From Sphingomonas sp. SCN 67-18 (lineage in GTDB: Bacteria > Pseudomonadota > Alphaproteobacteria > Sphingomonadales > Sphingomonadaceae), in assembly GCA_001724715.1 (NCBI GenBank), contig MEFG01000025.1, positions 4,017 to 68,016 of the forward strand: a DNA stretch of 64,000 bases, read 5' to 3'. Position numbers and translations under genes: made by a program. How positions within the stretch are numbered: the stretch's first letter is position 1; each line of letters begins with the position of its first letter. The notes under the pieces are model-generated. The model saw only the letters and a program-made list of their open reading frames with translations. It did not search any database and was not told where the DNA came from. This document shows, one piece after another, positions 18,003-29,194 of the stretch.

Positions 18003-19906
18003 ACGCCCAGCACCCGCTCGACGATCAGCTCTGCGGCCTCCTCCGGCGACAGGCGGGTCGTATCGATGCGGATCTCGGGCTTTTCGGGCGCCTCATAAGG
18101 ACTGTCTATGCCGGTGAAATTCTCGAGCGCACCGCTCCGCGCCTTGGCGTACAAGCCCTTCACGTCGCGCCGTTCCGCTTCCTCCAGCGGCGTATCGACA
18201 TGGATTTCGATGAAGCCACCGTCGGGTATCATGGCGCGCACCATGTCACGTTCGGCGCGGAAGGGCGAGATGAAGGCGGTCAGCACGATCAGCCCCGCAT
18301 CCGTCATCAGCCTGGCGACCTCACCCACCCGGCGGATATTCTCCACCCGGTCGGCGTCGGTGAAACCCAGATCGCGGTTCAGCCCGTGGCGGACATTGTC
18401 GCCGTCGAGCAGGAAACTGTGCTTGCCGAGCGCGTGCAGCCGCTTTTCGACCAGATTGGCGATGGTCGATTTGCCCGCGCCGGACAGGCCGGTGAACCAC
18501 AGCAGCCGCGCAACCTGGTTCTTCTGCCGGGCATGGGCGTCACGATCGATGTCGATCGACTGCCAGTGGACGTTCTGGCTGCGCCTCAGCGCGAAACGGA
18601 TCATCCCCGCGCCCACCGTGGCGTTGGTCATCCGGTCGATCAGGATGAAACCACCCAGCTCGGGCGACTCCTCATAGGGTGCGAACGGCACCCGCCGATC
18701 CAGCGAGATGTTGCACACGCCGATCGCGTTCAGGCCAAGCGTCCGGCCCGGGCGCTGCTCGAGCGTGTTGACGTCTATCTGATATTTCTGGTCGGTGATC
18801 GTCGCGGCCGCGGTCACCGTACCGATCTTGAGCAGGTAGGACCGGCCGGGCAGCATCGGCTCGTCGGCCATCCACACCAGCGTCGCCTCGAACTGGTCCG
18901 CCGCCTCCAGCGGGCTGTCCGCCGCCACGATCACGTCGCCGCGCGAACAATCGATCTCGTCGGTCAACGTCAGCGTGACCGACTGGCCGGCCACCGCGCG
19001 CGGCAAGTCCCCGTCCAGCGTCACGATCCGCTCCACGCGCGACGTCTTGCCGGACGGCAGCACCCGCACCGCATCCCCCGGCGCAATGCCGCCGCCCGCG
19101 ATCATCCCGGAAAATCCCCGGAAATCCAGGTTGGGGCGGTTCACCCACTGCACCGGCATCCTGAGCGGCCCGGCCGCCCGGCGATCCACGTCGATCTCCA
19201 CCGTTTCCAGATGATCGAGCAGCGCCGGCCCGTCATACCAGGGGGTGTTGGGCGACGGGCCGGTGATATTGTCGCCCTTGAACCCGGATATCGGAATATT
19301 GGTGACGGCGGTTATGCCGATCCCCGCCGCAAAGGCCGCGTAATCGGCGACGATGGCATCGAACACCGCCTGGTCATAACCCACCAGATCCATCTTGTTC
19401 ACGGCCAGCACGACATGACGGATGCCGATCAGCTTCACCAGATAGCTGTGCCGCCGCGTCTGGGTGAGCACGCCCTTGCGCGCGTCGATCAGGATCACGG
19501 CCAGGTCGGCGGTGGACGCGCCGGTCACCATGTTGCGGGTATATTGTTCATGCCCCGGCGTGTCGACGACGATGAACTTGCGCTTCTCGGTCGCGAAGAA
19601 GCGGTAGGCGACGTCGATGGTGATGCCCTGCTCCCGCTCCGCCGCCAGTCCGTCGACGAGCAGCGCGAAATCGATCTCCTGCCCCTGCGTCCCCACTCGC
19701 TTGCTGTCGGCTTCCAGGCTGGCGAGCTGGTCCTCGAAGATCTGCTTGCTGTCATAGAGCAGCCGCCCGATCAGCGTCGACTTGCCGTCGTCCACCGATC
19801 CGCAGGTGATGAAGCGCAGCATGGATTTGCGCCGATGACGCTCCAGATAGGCATCGATGTCCGCGCCGATCAGCGTATCGGCGACATAGGAGGACGCATC
19901 GGCCAT
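17984..19906 (-). CDS. cysN: bifunctional sulfate adenylyltransferase subunit 1 / adenylylsulfate kinase (CysNC)
   Basis: GTPase G1 motif GSVDDGKST and DTPGHEQY are followed by a C-terminal APS kinase P-loop, [11 protein letters not shown]. Confidence 0.95.
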   Translation of the reverse strand: MADASSYVADTLIGADIDAYLERHRRKSMLRFITCGSVDDGKSTLIGRLLYDSKQIFEDQLASLEADSKRVGTQGQEIDFALLVDGLAAEREQGITIDVAYRFFATEKRKFIVVDTPGHEQYTRNMVTGASTADLAVILIDARKGVLTQTRRHSYLVKLIGIRHVVLAVNKMDLVGYDQAVFDAIVADYAAFAAGIGITAVTNIPISGFKGDNITGPSPNTPWYDGPALLDHLETVEIDVDRRAAGPLRMPVQWVNRPNLDFRGFSGMIAGGGIAPGDAVRVLPSGKTSRVERIVTLDGDLPRAVAGQSVTLTLTDEIDCSRGDVIVAADSPLEAADQFEATLVWMADEPMLPGRSYLLKIGTVTAAATITDQKYQIDVNTLEQRPGRTLGLNAIGVCNISLDRRVPFAPYEESPELGGFILIDRMTNATVGAGMIRFALRRSQNVHWQSIDIDRDAHARQKNQVARLLWFTGLSGAGKSTIANLVEKRLHALGKHSFLLDGDNVRHGLNRDLGFTDADRVENIRRVGEVARLMTDAGLIVLTAFISPFRAERDMVRAMIPDGGFIEIHVDTPLEEAERRDVKGLYAKARSGALENFTGIDSPYEAPEKPEIRIDTTRLSPEEAAELIVERVLGVWAPDL

Positions 19907-20811
19907 CAGAAATAGCCCTCCTGCTTCTTCTTCTCCATGCTCGCGGCTTGGTCATGGTCGATCGCCCGGCCCTGCCGCTCGCTGGTGGTGGTCAGCAGCA
20001 TCTCCTGGATGACTTCGGACAGGGTGGCCGCCTCGCTCTCCACCGCGCCGGTCAGCGGATAGCAGCCCAGCGTGCGGAAACGGATGGAGCGTTCCACCGG
20101 CGTCTCGCCCTCGCGCAGCGGGAAGCGATCGTCATCCACCATCAGGATCAGCCCGTCGCGCACCACCGTCGGGCGCGGCGCCGCGAAGTAGAGCGGCACG
20201 ATGGGAATCTCCTCGATCTGGATATATTGCCAGATGTCCAGCTCGGTCCAGTTGGAGATGGGGAAGACGCGGATGCTCTCGCCCTTCGCCTTGCGGGCGT
20301 TGTAGAGGTTCCACAATTCCGGCCGCTGGTTCTTCGGGTCCCAGCGGTGATTGGCGGACCGGAAACTGAAGATGCGCTCCTTGGCGCGGCTCTTTTCCTC
20401 GTCGCGCCGTGCGCCGCCGAATGCCGCGTCGAACCCATATTGATCCAGCGCCTGCTTCAGCCCCTCGGTCTTCCACATGTCGGTATGAAGCGAGCCATGG
20501 TCGAACGGGTTGATGCCCCGCGCCAGCGCCTCGGGGTTGCGGTAGACCAGCAATTCCATGCCGCTTTCGCGGGCCATCCGGTCGCGCAGCTCATACATCG
20601 CCCGGAATTTCCAGGTGGTGTCGACATGCAACAGCGGGAAGGGCGGCGGCGAAGGATAGAAGGCCTTGCGCGCCAGATGCAGCATCACCGCCGAATCCTT
20701 GCCCACCGAATAGAGCATCACCGGCCGGTCCACCTCGGACACCACCTCGCGCATGATCTGGATGCTCTCGGCCTCCAGGCGTTCCAGATGGGTGAGCGTG
20801 GCAACAGTCAT
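19906..20811 (-). CDS. cysD: sulfate adenylyltransferase subunit 2 CysD
   Basis: Starts [23 protein letters not shown] at 20811, inside ORF 19906..21165. It is PAPS-reductase-like ([13 protein letters not shown]). Its stop shares one base with the cysN start. Confidence 0.93.
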   Translation of the reverse strand: MTVATLTHLERLEAESIQIMREVVSEVDRPVMLYSVGKDSAVMLHLARKAFYPSPPPFPLLHVDTTWKFRAMYELRDRMARESGMELLVYRNPEALARGINPFDHGSLHTDMWKTEGLKQALDQYGFDAAFGGARRDEEKSRAKERIFSFRSANHRWDPKNQRPELWNLYNARKAKGESIRVFPISNWTELDIWQYIQIEEIPIVPLYFAAPRPTVVRDGLILMVDDDRFPLREGETPVERSIRFRTLGCYPLTGAVESEAATLSEVIQEMLLTTTSERQGRAIDHDQAASMEKKKQEGYF

Positions 20812-20926
20812 GGGACGATCGGTTTCCTCGGCCTTCGCGGAATCGTGGCGCGGGGTCGCGATTGAAGCATCGTGGCCAGCATCACAAACGCGATCATCTT
20901 TGCGCCGGCCAAGTTTTACATCGCGT

Positions 20927-21541
20927 TCACGCGCCCTCGACTGGCCCGGTGAAGGTGATCGACGGCGCGCGCTTGTGCAAGCGGGCAAACTCCACCACCT
21001 GCCGCCCGACCAGCTGAAGCTGCTCGAGCGCGCTCTGGTCGGCCCCTTCGGCGAAGTTCCCGTCCGCGGCGCGGATCGCCGCGCCCAGCGGCGTCGGCCA
21101 GCCGCGCAGCGCGTGGACGATGGAGCGCAACGTCGCCAATGTGCTGCCCATCGCCTGCCAGCCATGGGCGGTGACGATCAGCCCGACAGGCAGGCCGTCC
21201 AGATACACCCGGTCGTCCCGCGCAGTTTCCTCGATGAAATCGATGGCGTTCTTGACCAGCCCGGAAACCGAACCATGATAGCCCGGACTGGCGATGACCA
21301 GCCCATCGGCCCCCCGCACCGCCTCCACCAGAGCGCGTGCCTCGGGCAGGTCGGCAAGCAGCCCGCGCGCATAATGGGGCAGCCGGCCCAGCGCCTCGCC
21401 CCCGAACAGCATGGTTTTGGCCCCGCCCGCCTCGGCGGCGGCCAGCGCCAGCGCCAGCGCCTGCTCGGTCGACGATCCCGGCACGGTGGTCCCCCCGATA
21501 CCGACGATCGACAAAGGCCTGTTCGCACCGTGGCGGCTCAT
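20927..21541 (-). CDS. NADPH-dependent FMN reductase (SsuE/MsuE-like)
   Basis: This is the C-terminal 204 aa of ORF 20927..22453, starting [24 protein letters not shown] ... [19 protein letters not shown]. The upstream part is antisense to the CitE-like gene. Confidence 0.8.
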   Translation of the reverse strand: MSRHGANRPLSIVGIGGTTVPGSSTEQALALALAAAEAGGAKTMLFGGEALGRLPHYARGLLADLPEARALVEAVRGADGLVIASPGYHGSVSGLVKNAIDFIEETARDDRVYLDGLPVGLIVTAHGWQAMGSTLATLRSIVHALRGWPTPLGAAIRAADGNFAEGADQSALEQLQLVGRQVVEFARLHKRAPSITFTGPVEGA

Positions 21542-21595
21542 CCCGACTCCACTTCCAGCTTGCATCGTCCACCGCCTAGGGGGAGAGGACGCGCT

Positions 21596-22465
21596 ATGCA
21601 AAACAATCTCCGCCCCCGCCGGTCGATGCTCTATATGCCGGGCGCCAACCCCCGCGCGCTGGAAAAGGCGCGGACCTTGCCAGCCGACGGATTGATCTTC
21701 GATCTGGAAGACGCGGTGATGGCCGATGCGAAGGCGGATGCACGCGCCGCCATCGCAGCCGCGCTGCGGCAGGGGGGCTATGGCGCGCGTGAACTGATCC
21801 TGCGGGTCAACGGCCTGTCGACGCCATGGGGCGCGGACGACCTTGCCTTCGCCACCACCCTGCCCATCCACGGCGTGCTGCTGCCCAAGGTGGAAAGCGC
21901 CGGCGACGTCCACGCGGCGCAGGCGCTGATCGACGCGGCCGGCGCCGCTCTGGACATCTGGTGCATGATCGAAACGCCGCTGGGCGTGCTGCGCGCGGGC
22001 GAGATCGCGGCTGCGGGCGGGCGACTGGCGGGTTTCGTCATGGGCACCAACGATCTGGTGAAAGACCTCCATGCCCGGCACACGCCGGACCGGCTGCCGA
22101 TCATGACCGCGCTTGGGCTCAGCCTGCTGGCCGCCCGCGCCCACGGACTCGCCATCATCGACGGCGTCCATATCGATCTGGACGACGACGAGGGTTTCGC
22201 GCGCGCCTGCGCACAAGGTGTCGAACTCGGCTTCGACGGCAAGAGCCTGGTCCACCCGCGCACCATCGAAGCGGCGAACCGCATCTTCGCGCCGACGGCG
22301 GAGGAGATCGCGGCGGCGCAACGCATGATCGCCGGGTTCGAGGCCGCCAGGGCAGACGGCAAGGGCGTCGCCCGGATCGACGGCAAGCTGGTCGAGCAAC
22401 TCCACGTCGACAATGCCCGGCGCCTGCTGGACATGGTCGCGGCGATCGAACACCTGTCCCGCTAG
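21596..22465 (+). CDS. HpcH/HpaI aldolase / citrate lyase beta (CitE)-like acyl-CoA lyase
   Basis: Starts MQNNLRPRRSMLYMPGANPRALEKARTLPADGLIFDLEDAV, with the characteristic CitE/malyl-CoA lyase N-terminus. It is the in-frame part of ORF 20753..22465. Confidence 0.85.
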   Translation: MQNNLRPRRSMLYMPGANPRALEKARTLPADGLIFDLEDAVMADAKADARAAIAAALRQGGYGARELILRVNGLSTPWGADDLAFATTLPIHGVLLPKVESAGDVHAAQALIDAAGAALDIWCMIETPLGVLRAGEIAAAGGRLAGFVMGTNDLVKDLHARHTPDRLPIMTALGLSLLAARAHGLAIIDGVHIDLDDDEGFARACAQGVELGFDGKSLVHPRTIEAANRIFAPTAEEIAAAQRMIAGFEAARADGKGVARIDGKLVEQLHVDNARRLLDMVAAIEHLSR

Positions 22466-24333
22466 GCGGCGACCCCGCTTGCCGGCGGCTCGATCCGCAC
22501 CAGCACGGTCCCCTCGCTCACCTGAGCGCCGACCGTCGCGTTCAGCCCGGCCACCACGCCGTCAAATGGCGCGGTCAGCCCGTGCTCCATCTTCATGGCC
22601 TCCAGCGTCACCAGCTTCTGGCCCTTGGAGACCGCCTGCCCGTCCGAGACATCGACGGCGATGATCCGCCCCGGCATCGGTGACAGGATGGTCCCGTCCG
22701 ACGCCGCGCCCGCCGCCTTTCCGCGCGGGACATGCAGCCGGAATTCACGCCCTTCGCCAAGATGGAAGAGCAGCACCGCCTCCTGCGCCGGCCCGCCCAC
22801 CGGACCCGACAGATCGGCGCTGCGTACCACCCCGCCATCATCGATCATCCGCACCGCGGCCGCGGCCGGCGCGTTCAGCCGCAGGCCCACCGCCTGATGC
22901 CACGGCCCGTCGCCACCGCCGACCAGCGCCGCCGCCACATCAGCCAGCTGTTCGGCATCCGGCTCGGGCGGCTGCGCCAGCGCATCGCCGCGCCGCGCGA
23001 TCAGCCCGGTATCGACGTCGCCGGCGCAGAACGCCTCATCCGCGCATAATCTGCCCAGAAACCCGGCATTGGTCCGCACCGGCCAGACCTCGACATCGGT
23101 GACGGCATCCCACAGCCGGGCGATCGCCGCATCGCGATCCTCGCCATGGACGATGATCTTCGCGATCATCGGGTCGTAAAATGGGGAAATCTCCGCGCCC
23201 TCGACCACGCCGGTATCGATCCGGGCCAGTCCCTCGGGCAGCACCAGATGCTCCAGCGTCCCGGTCGACGGCAGGAACCCCGTCGCCGGATTTTCCGCGT
23301 AAAGCCGCGCTTCCATCGCCCAGCCCTCAATGACCAGCTCATCCTGGTCGAGCGGCAGCGGTTCGCCCGCTGCGACGCGGAGCTGCCACTCCACGAGATC
23401 CTGCCCGGTGATCGCCTCCGTCACCGGATGCTCCACCTGCAGCCGGGTGTTCATTTCCATGAACCAGATGCGGTCGGCGCGCAGCCCTTCGCTGGCGTCC
23501 GCGATAAACTCGATCGTCCCCGCGCCGACATAATCGACCGCACGGGCCGCCTTCACCGCCGCCGCGCAGATCGCCGCGCGCGTCTCGGCGTCCATGCCCG
23601 GCGCAGGCGCTTCCTCGATCACTTTCTGGTGGCGGCGCTGCAATGAGCAGTCCCGCTCGAACAGGTGGACGATATTGCCGTGGCTGTCGCCGAAAACCTG
23701 CACCTCGATATGACGCGGGGAGAGGATATATTTCTCGATCAGCACATGATCGTCGCCGAATGACGCCGCGGCCTCGCGCTTGCAGCTGGCCAGCGCATCG
23801 GCGAATTCGCCGGCCGCACCCACCCGCCTCATGCCCTTGCCGCCGCCGCCTGCAACAGCCTTGATCAGCACCGGATAGCCGATGGAATCCGCCTCGCGCT
23901 GCAATCGCGCCGGATCCTGATCGTCACCCAGATAGCCGGGCGTGGTCGGCACGCCCGCTTCCTGCATCAGCTTCTTGGCGGCGTCCTTCAACCCCATGGC
24001 GACGATCGACGCCGGCTTCGGCCCGACCCAGACCAGCCCGGCATCGATCACCGCCTGCGCGAACTCCGCATTTTCGGAGAGGAAGCCGTAGCCCGGATGA
24101 ATCGCCTGTGCGCCCGATTCCCTAGCGGCGGCGATGATCCTGTCGCCGACCAGATAGGATTCGCGCGCCGCAGACAGGCCGATATGCACCGCTTCATCCG
24201 CCATGCGGACGTGGCGTGCGCCGGCGTCGGCATCGGAATAGACGGCGACCGTGCGAATGCCCATGTCCCGCGCGGTGCGGATGATCCGGCAGGCGATCTC
24301 GCCCCGGTTGGCGATGAGAAGCGATTGGATCAT
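22462..24333 (-). CDS. 3-methylcrotonyl-CoA carboxylase alpha subunit (biotin carboxylase + BCCP)
   Basis: Starts MIQSLLIANRGEIACRIIRTARDMG, has an ATP-grasp domain, and carries the C-terminal biotinylation motif LEAMKMEH. It lies adjacent to the MCC beta gene and ivd. Confidence 0.9.
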   Translation of the reverse strand: MIQSLLIANRGEIACRIIRTARDMGIRTVAVYSDADAGARHVRMADEAVHIGLSAARESYLVGDRIIAAARESGAQAIHPGYGFLSENAEFAQAVIDAGLVWVGPKPASIVAMGLKDAAKKLMQEAGVPTTPGYLGDDQDPARLQREADSIGYPVLIKAVAGGGGKGMRRVGAAGEFADALASCKREAAASFGDDHVLIEKYILSPRHIEVQVFGDSHGNIVHLFERDCSLQRRHQKVIEEAPAPGMDAETRAAICAAAVKAARAVDYVGAGTIEFIADASEGLRADRIWFMEMNTRLQVEHPVTEAITGQDLVEWQLRVAAGEPLPLDQDELVIEGWAMEARLYAENPATGFLPSTGTLEHLVLPEGLARIDTGVVEGAEISPFYDPMIAKIIVHGEDRDAAIARLWDAVTDVEVWPVRTNAGFLGRLCADEAFCAGDVDTGLIARRGDALAQPPEPDAEQLADVAAALVGGGDGPWHQAVGLRLNAPAAAAVRMIDDGGVVRSADLSGPVGGPAQEAVLLFHLGEGREFRLHVPRGKAAGAASDGTILSPMPGRIIAVDVSDGQAVSKGQKLVTLEAMKMEHGLTAPFDGVVAGLNATVGAQVSEGTVLVRIEPPASGVAA

Positions 24334-24338
24334 GGCCG

Positions 24339-25940
24339 TCACATCCTGAACAGGCCGAACGCCGGGCGTTCGGGGATCGGGGCGTTGAGCGTAGCGGCAA
24401 AGGCAAGGCCAAGCACGTCGCGGGTCTGGGCGGGGTCGATCACGCCGTCGTCCCACAACCGCGCGGTCGCATAGTAGGGATTGCCCTCATCCTCATATGT
24501 CTGGCGGATCGGGGCCTTGAACGCTTCCGCTTCCTCCGCCGTCCACGTCTCCGCATCGCGGTGGACGGTGGCGAGCACGCTCGCCGCCTGCTCGCCGCCC
24601 ATCACGCTGATCCGGCTGTTCGGCCAGGTGAACAGGAAGCGGGGCGAATAGGCCCGCCCGCACATGCCGTAATTTCCCGCGCCGAAGCTGCCGCCGATCA
24701 GCACGGTGATCTTCGGCACCGTCGCCGTCGCCACCGCCGTCACCAGCTTCGCGCCATGCTTGGCGATGCCCTCGGCCTCATATTTGCCGCCCACCATGAA
24801 GCCGCTGATGTTCTGCAGGAACAGCAGGGGAATGCGCCGCTGCTGCGCCAGCTCGATGAAATGCGCGCCCTTCACCGCGCTCTCGCTGAACAGCACGCCG
24901 TTATTGGCCAAAATGGCGACCGGCATCCCCCAGATGCGCGCAAAGCCGCAGACCAGCGTGGTCCCGTAAAGCGCCTTGAACTCCTGGAATTCAGACCCGT
25001 CGACGATGCGCGCGATCACCTCATGCACGTCATAGGGCGCGCGCACGTCGTCGGGGACGATGCCGTACAGTTCCTCCGCCGCATATTCGGGCGCGCGCGG
25101 CTCCGCGATATCGATGTCGATCGCCGGCACGCTGTTCAGCGTCGAGACGATATCGCGCACGATGGTCAGCGCATGTTCGTCATTCTCGGCGACATGGTCG
25201 ACCACGCCGGATTTGCGACCATGAGTTTCAGCGCCGCCCAGTTCCTCGGCGGAGATCACCTCGCCCGTCGCCGCCTTCACCAGCGGCGGCCCGGCCAGGA
25301 AGATCGTGCCCTGGTTGCGCACGATCACGCTCTCGTCCGACATGGCCGGCACATAGGCGCCGCCCGCCGTGCAGCTGCCCATCACGCAGGCGATCTGCGG
25401 AATGCCGAGCGCGCTCATATTCGCCTGGTTGAAGAAGATGCGGCCAAAATGCTCGCGGTCGGGAAACACCTCCGCCTGATGCGGCAGGTTGGCCCCGCCG
25501 GAATCGACCAGATAGATGCAGGGCAGCCGGTTCTGCTCGGCGATCTCCTGCGCCCGCAAATGCTTCTTCACCGTCATCGGGAAATAGGCGCCCCCCTTCA
25601 CCGTCGGGTCGTTGGCGACGATCATCGCCTGCCGCCCGGAAACCCGGCCGATGCCGCAGATCATCCCAGCACCCGGCGCCTCGTCGCGGTACATGCCGCC
25701 CGCAGCCAGCTGGCCGATCTCAAGAAAGGGCGATCCGGGATCGATCAGCTGCTCCACCCGGTCGCGCGGCAACAGCTTGCCGCGCGCCACATGGCGGTCG
25801 CGCGCCTTATCGCTGCCGCCGCGCCCCGCCGTCGCCACCCGGGCGCGCAGCTCCTCGGCCAGCGCGCGGTTATGCGCGGCATTGGCGCGAAAAGCCTCGC
25901 TGTCGGGCGATATCCTGCTGTCGAGAACCGGCGCACTCAT
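24339..25940 (-). CDS. methylcrotonoyl-CoA carboxylase beta subunit (carboxyltransferase)
   Basis: 533-aa carboxyl-transferase domain protein located 5 nt upstream of the alpha subunit. Confidence 0.9.
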   Translation of the reverse strand: MSAPVLDSRISPDSEAFRANAAHNRALAEELRARVATAGRGGSDKARDRHVARGKLLPRDRVEQLIDPGSPFLEIGQLAAGGMYRDEAPGAGMICGIGRVSGRQAMIVANDPTVKGGAYFPMTVKKHLRAQEIAEQNRLPCIYLVDSGGANLPHQAEVFPDREHFGRIFFNQANMSALGIPQIACVMGSCTAGGAYVPAMSDESVIVRNQGTIFLAGPPLVKAATGEVISAEELGGAETHGRKSGVVDHVAENDEHALTIVRDIVSTLNSVPAIDIDIAEPRAPEYAAEELYGIVPDDVRAPYDVHEVIARIVDGSEFQEFKALYGTTLVCGFARIWGMPVAILANNGVLFSESAVKGAHFIELAQQRRIPLLFLQNISGFMVGGKYEAEGIAKHGAKLVTAVATATVPKITVLIGGSFGAGNYGMCGRAYSPRFLFTWPNSRISVMGGEQAASVLATVHRDAETWTAEEAEAFKAPIRQTYEDEGNPYYATARLWDDGVIDPAQTRDVLGLAFAATLNAPIPERPAFGLFRM

Positions 25941-25993
25941 GGCTCAGCCCTGCCCCTTCCTGTCCATCCTGTCCCTGCGGCCCACCCTAGACC

Positions 25994-26028
25994 ATCGATC
26001 ATCATCGTAAAAACTGGATTTGATCGAT
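25994..26028. promoter_or_regulatory. inverted repeat ATCGATCA-N19-TGATCGAT in the divergent MCC / LysR intergenic region (candidate LysR operator)
   Basis: Perfect 8-bp arms at 25994-26001 and 26021-26028 lie in a locally AT-rich spacer. A second imperfect dyad, ATCTGTATAGAT, lies at ~26030-26041. Confidence 0.4.
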
Positions 26029-26048
26029 TATCTGTATAGATTATTCCT

Positions 26049-26912
26049 ATGATCAGCCGCACCCACCTGCGCCAGTTTATTGCCGTCGTGGATGCCGGTA
26101 ACTTCACACGCGCGGCGGCGCAGATCAACGTCACCCAGCCCACATTGTCGGCCGGTATCTCCGAGCTTGAAAAGCGGCTTGGCGCGCAATTGTTCGCACG
26201 CAACAATCGCCGCGTGCAATTGACCGAGGCCGGCAACCGGCTGCTCGCCCATGCCCGCGCGATAGAGCGGGAATTCCGCGATGCTGAGGAAAGCGTCACC
26301 GGCGTCGCCGCGCCGCTGCAACCCATCCGGCTGGGCGTGCTGGCCAGCCTGCCGACCGCGCTGATCGAAGCGGCGCTCGCCGGCTATGACGGACCGGAAC
26401 CGATCGAACTGAGCGAGGGCAACGACCGGGAACTGGCGGGCGCGCTGGCCCATGGCCGCATCGACATTGCCGTCACGCTGATCCATCCGGGCGATGACCG
26501 CCGCGCCGTGCAGCGCCTGTTCGACGAGGATTATCTGCTGGCGATGCCGTCCGCCCACCGGCTTGCCGGGCGGGAGCGGGTGTCGGCGGCGGAAGTGGCG
26601 GGCGAGACGATGATCGCCCGGCGCGCCTGCGAAGTGCTGGGCAAGACGAGCCGCCATTTCACGGAGCGCGGGGTGCGTCCGCCGTTCAGCTTCCGCTCCG
26701 CCAATGATGACCGGGCGATGGCGATGGTCCGCGCCGGGCTGGGCATCACCGTCGCGCCCCGATCGCTTGCCGGCCCGGGCATCGCCATGGCGCGGCTGGA
26801 TGGCTTTGACGAGCGGCGCGAGATCGGCCTCGCCTTTTCGCCGCAGGCGCGCGGCGGGCTGATGGCGGGCAAGCCGCTGGCCGACCGGTTGACCGCCGCT
26901 ATGCGCCGATGA
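26049..26912 (+). CDS. LysR family transcriptional regulator
   Basis: The N-terminal HTH is [39 protein letters not shown]. It is divergent from the MCC genes. Confidence 0.92.
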   Translation: MISRTHLRQFIAVVDAGNFTRAAAQINVTQPTLSAGISELEKRLGAQLFARNNRRVQLTEAGNRLLAHARAIEREFRDAEESVTGVAAPLQPIRLGVLASLPTALIEAALAGYDGPEPIELSEGNDRELAGALAHGRIDIAVTLIHPGDDRRAVQRLFDEDYLLAMPSAHRLAGRERVSAAEVAGETMIARRACEVLGKTSRHFTERGVRPPFSFRSANDDRAMAMVRAGLGITVAPRSLAGPGIAMARLDGFDERREIGLAFSPQARGGLMAGKPLADRLTAAMRR

Positions 26913-28041
26913 GTTCGCGGCCGATCAGGAACCGCCTGATCTCGTTGGTTCCCGCGCCAATATCGTACAGCTTGGCGTCGCGCAGGAAGCGTTCCACCGG
27001 CCATTCCTTGGTATAGCCCGCGCCGCCCAGCGCCTGGATCGCCTCCAGCGACGTCTTCACCGCATTCTCGCTGGCCAGCAGGATCGCCCCCGCCGCGTCG
27101 AACCGCGTGGTGCGGCCGGCATCGCAGGCCCGCGCCACCGCATAGACATAGGCCCGCGCCGAATTCAGCGCGACATACATGTCCGCCACCTTGCCCTGCA
27201 TCAGCTGGAAACTGCCGATCGGCGTGCCGAACTGCTTGCGTTCGCGCACATAGGGAAGGACGACGTCCAGACAGGCCTGCATGATGCCGATCGGCCCCGC
27301 CGCCAGCACCGCGCGTTCATAATCCAGCCCGGACATCAGCACGCCCACGCCGCCGCCCACCGGGCCCATCACATTCTCTTCGGGCACTTCGCAATCCTCG
27401 AACACCAGCTCGGCGGTGTCGGATCCGCGCATCCCCATCTTGTCCAGCTTCCTGGAAACGGAGAAGCCCTTCATGCCCTTCTCGATCAGGAAGGCGGTGA
27501 TCGCCCGCTCGCCGGTCTTGGCATAGACGACCAGCACATCGGCGGTCGGCGCGTTGGTGATCCAGAATTTCGTGCCGTTCAGCACATAGCGGTCGCCCCT
27601 GTGCTCCGCCTTCAGCTTCATCGAAACGACGTCGGAACCTGATCCCGCTTCCGACATGGCAAGGCTGCCCAGATGCTCGCCGGAAATCAGCCGGGGCAGA
27701 TAACGGCGCTTCTGATCCTCATTCGCCCAGCGGCGGATCTGGTTGACGCACAAATTGCTGTGCGCGCCATAGCTGAGGCCGATAGAGGCCGAGGCGCGCG
27801 ACACCTCCTCCATCGCCACGACATGCTCCAGATAGCCGAGGCCAAGCCCGCCCCATTCCTCTTCCACGGTGATGCCGTGCAGGCCGAGTTCGCCCATTTC
27901 GGGCCAAAGATCGCGCTTGAACTTGTTCTCCGCGTCAATTTCCGCCGCGAAGGGCGCGATGCGGTCGGCCGCGAAACGGCACGTGGTCTCGCGGATCATG
28001 TCCGCGGTTTCACCCAGGGCGAAATCGAAATCAGGGGTCAT
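26899..28041 (-). CDS. isovaleryl-CoA dehydrogenase
   Basis: 380-aa acyl-CoA dehydrogenase ending ..[20 protein letters not shown]. It is clustered with the MCC subunits. Confidence 0.88.
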   Translation of the reverse strand: MTPDFDFALGETADMIRETTCRFAADRIAPFAAEIDAENKFKRDLWPEMGELGLHGITVEEEWGGLGLGYLEHVVAMEEVSRASASIGLSYGAHSNLCVNQIRRWANEDQKRRYLPRLISGEHLGSLAMSEAGSGSDVVSMKLKAEHRGDRYVLNGTKFWITNAPTADVLVVYAKTGERAITAFLIEKGMKGFSVSRKLDKMGMRGSDTAELVFEDCEVPEENVMGPVGGGVGVLMSGLDYERAVLAAGPIGIMQACLDVVLPYVRERKQFGTPIGSFQLMQGKVADMYVALNSARAYVYAVARACDAGRTTRFDAAGAILLASENAVKTSLEAIQALGGAGYTKEWPVERFLRDAKLYDIGAGTNEIRRFLIGRELIGA

Positions 28042-28143
28042 GAGGCACCTCTCCTGCCCGGTCCGCTATCGCCAGAGCATCGCCAATGTAAAGACCTATC
28101 GATGATCTGCGCCGTCGCCCCCTGTTGCTGTGCGGAACGGCGG

Positions 28144-28410
28144 CTACTCTTTTTCCGATGCGGGATTCGCGCGCGACATCTGGAGGATATTGGTTAACAG
28201 CGCGAGGCCATCCAGGCCCAGCGCGGCGGCGATATCGACATATTCGATCACGTCCAGGCGCCGCTCGCCAAGCTCGTACCGCGACACGAATTGCTGGGGT
28301 TTGGAAAGGATTACAGCAACGTCCGCCTGCGAAAGACCTGCACTTTTTCGCGCTTCGATAAGCGTCGCGAGCATCTTGCGATAACGGACTTCCGTGATTC
28401 CCTTGGCCAT
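28144..28410 (-). CDS. XRE family HTH transcriptional regulator
   Basis: The internal start MAKGITEVRYRKMLATLIEARKSAGLSQADVAVILSKPQQFVSRYELGERRLDVIEY is the Cro/C1-type HTH portion of ORF 28144..28551. Confidence 0.8.
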   Translation of the reverse strand: MAKGITEVRYRKMLATLIEARKSAGLSQADVAVILSKPQQFVSRYELGERRLDVIEYVDIAAALGLDGLALLTNILQMSRANPASEKE

Positions 28411-28559
28411 CAATCCCGAACCTCTCACGATCGTGAGTGGCAACACACGCTGGTAACGAACAGTACACCAAATTGATGTAGTTTCTGAGTCGTACTTTGG
28501 ATTAGTGCGATTCGTCAAAATGGACGAACCGCAAACCCTTTGTTCTGTCATGTAGATTT

Positions 28560-28690
28560 GGCGCGTTTTTCGTAGAGGAAAACAACCGGGCCGACTTGTT
28601 GAGGACCATTATTATTCGCAATAATATATATAACAAATAGAATTAGATAATAATTTTCAATCTGAATAATCCTCCAGATGAAATGACGGG
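28560..28690. promoter_or_regulatory. extremely AT-rich intergenic region (promoter / nucleoid-protein target) between XRE and PilZ genes
   Basis: 28607-28672 reads CATTATTATTCGCAATAATATATATAACAAATAGAATTAGATAATAATTTTCAATCTGAATAATCC. It contains the dyad ATTATT-CGC-AATAAT and many -10-like hexamers. Confidence 0.5.
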
Positions 28691-28699
28691 AGAGGTCGC

Positions 28700-29146
28700 A
28701 TGAGATTGGAACAGGAAAAAGTCGACGAAGGACCGGAACTCACCATCGTGTCGCTTTCCGGGGAAGTCCCCGGCCCGCGCGCGCGCCGCGCGGATCGTCA
28801 TCACCGGCCCGGCCATCTTCGCACCGGCCAGCTTTTCGGCAGTCGCGGCCAGCTTGTCTGCTACTTCCATATGATTTCCGCCGGCGGCCTGCTGATCGAA
28901 TGCAGCCTGCCCGTCGCCTCTGGCGAGGCGATCAGCGTCGAAATCCGCCCCGGCCACCGCATCGCCGGGCAGGTCGCCTGGACCGACGGCACCTTCTCCG
29001 GCATCCGCTTCGCGGAATGGCTCGATGTCCTGAAAATACTCGGCAATGAAACGCTTGAGGGTTTTCCCGCCCGCCATGCGGAGCATTCGCCGATGCAGCC
29101 AGCCCGGCCGCGCCCGTTGCACCGGGCGGTCAATCGGATCGCATAG
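28700..29146 (+). CDS. PilZ domain protein (degenerate second motif)
   Basis: RxxxR-like RARRADR is present, and HMISAGG stands in for the (D/N)xSxxG motif with Met in place of D/N. The SD GGGAGAGG lies upstream of the ATG. Confidence 0.7.
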   Translation: MRLEQEKVDEGPELTIVSLSGEVPGPRARRADRHHRPGHLRTGQLFGSRGQLVCYFHMISAGGLLIECSLPVASGEAISVEIRPGHRIAGQVAWTDGTFSGIRFAEWLDVLKILGNETLEGFPARHAEHSPMQPARPRPLHRAVNRIA

Positions 29147-29194
29147 CCGCATCCGGCAATCGGATCTTAAGTCGTTTTGGTGACAGGAGGGCAT

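Noticed and set aside
19906-21165. The 419-aa extended CysD ORF and the 508-aa ORF 20927..22453.
   Set aside because: The N-terminal extensions are Arg/Ser/Trp-rich, overlap neighbouring genes, and precede clean conserved starts ([16 protein letters not shown] for CysD at 20811; [17 protein letters not shown] for the FMN reductase at 21541).
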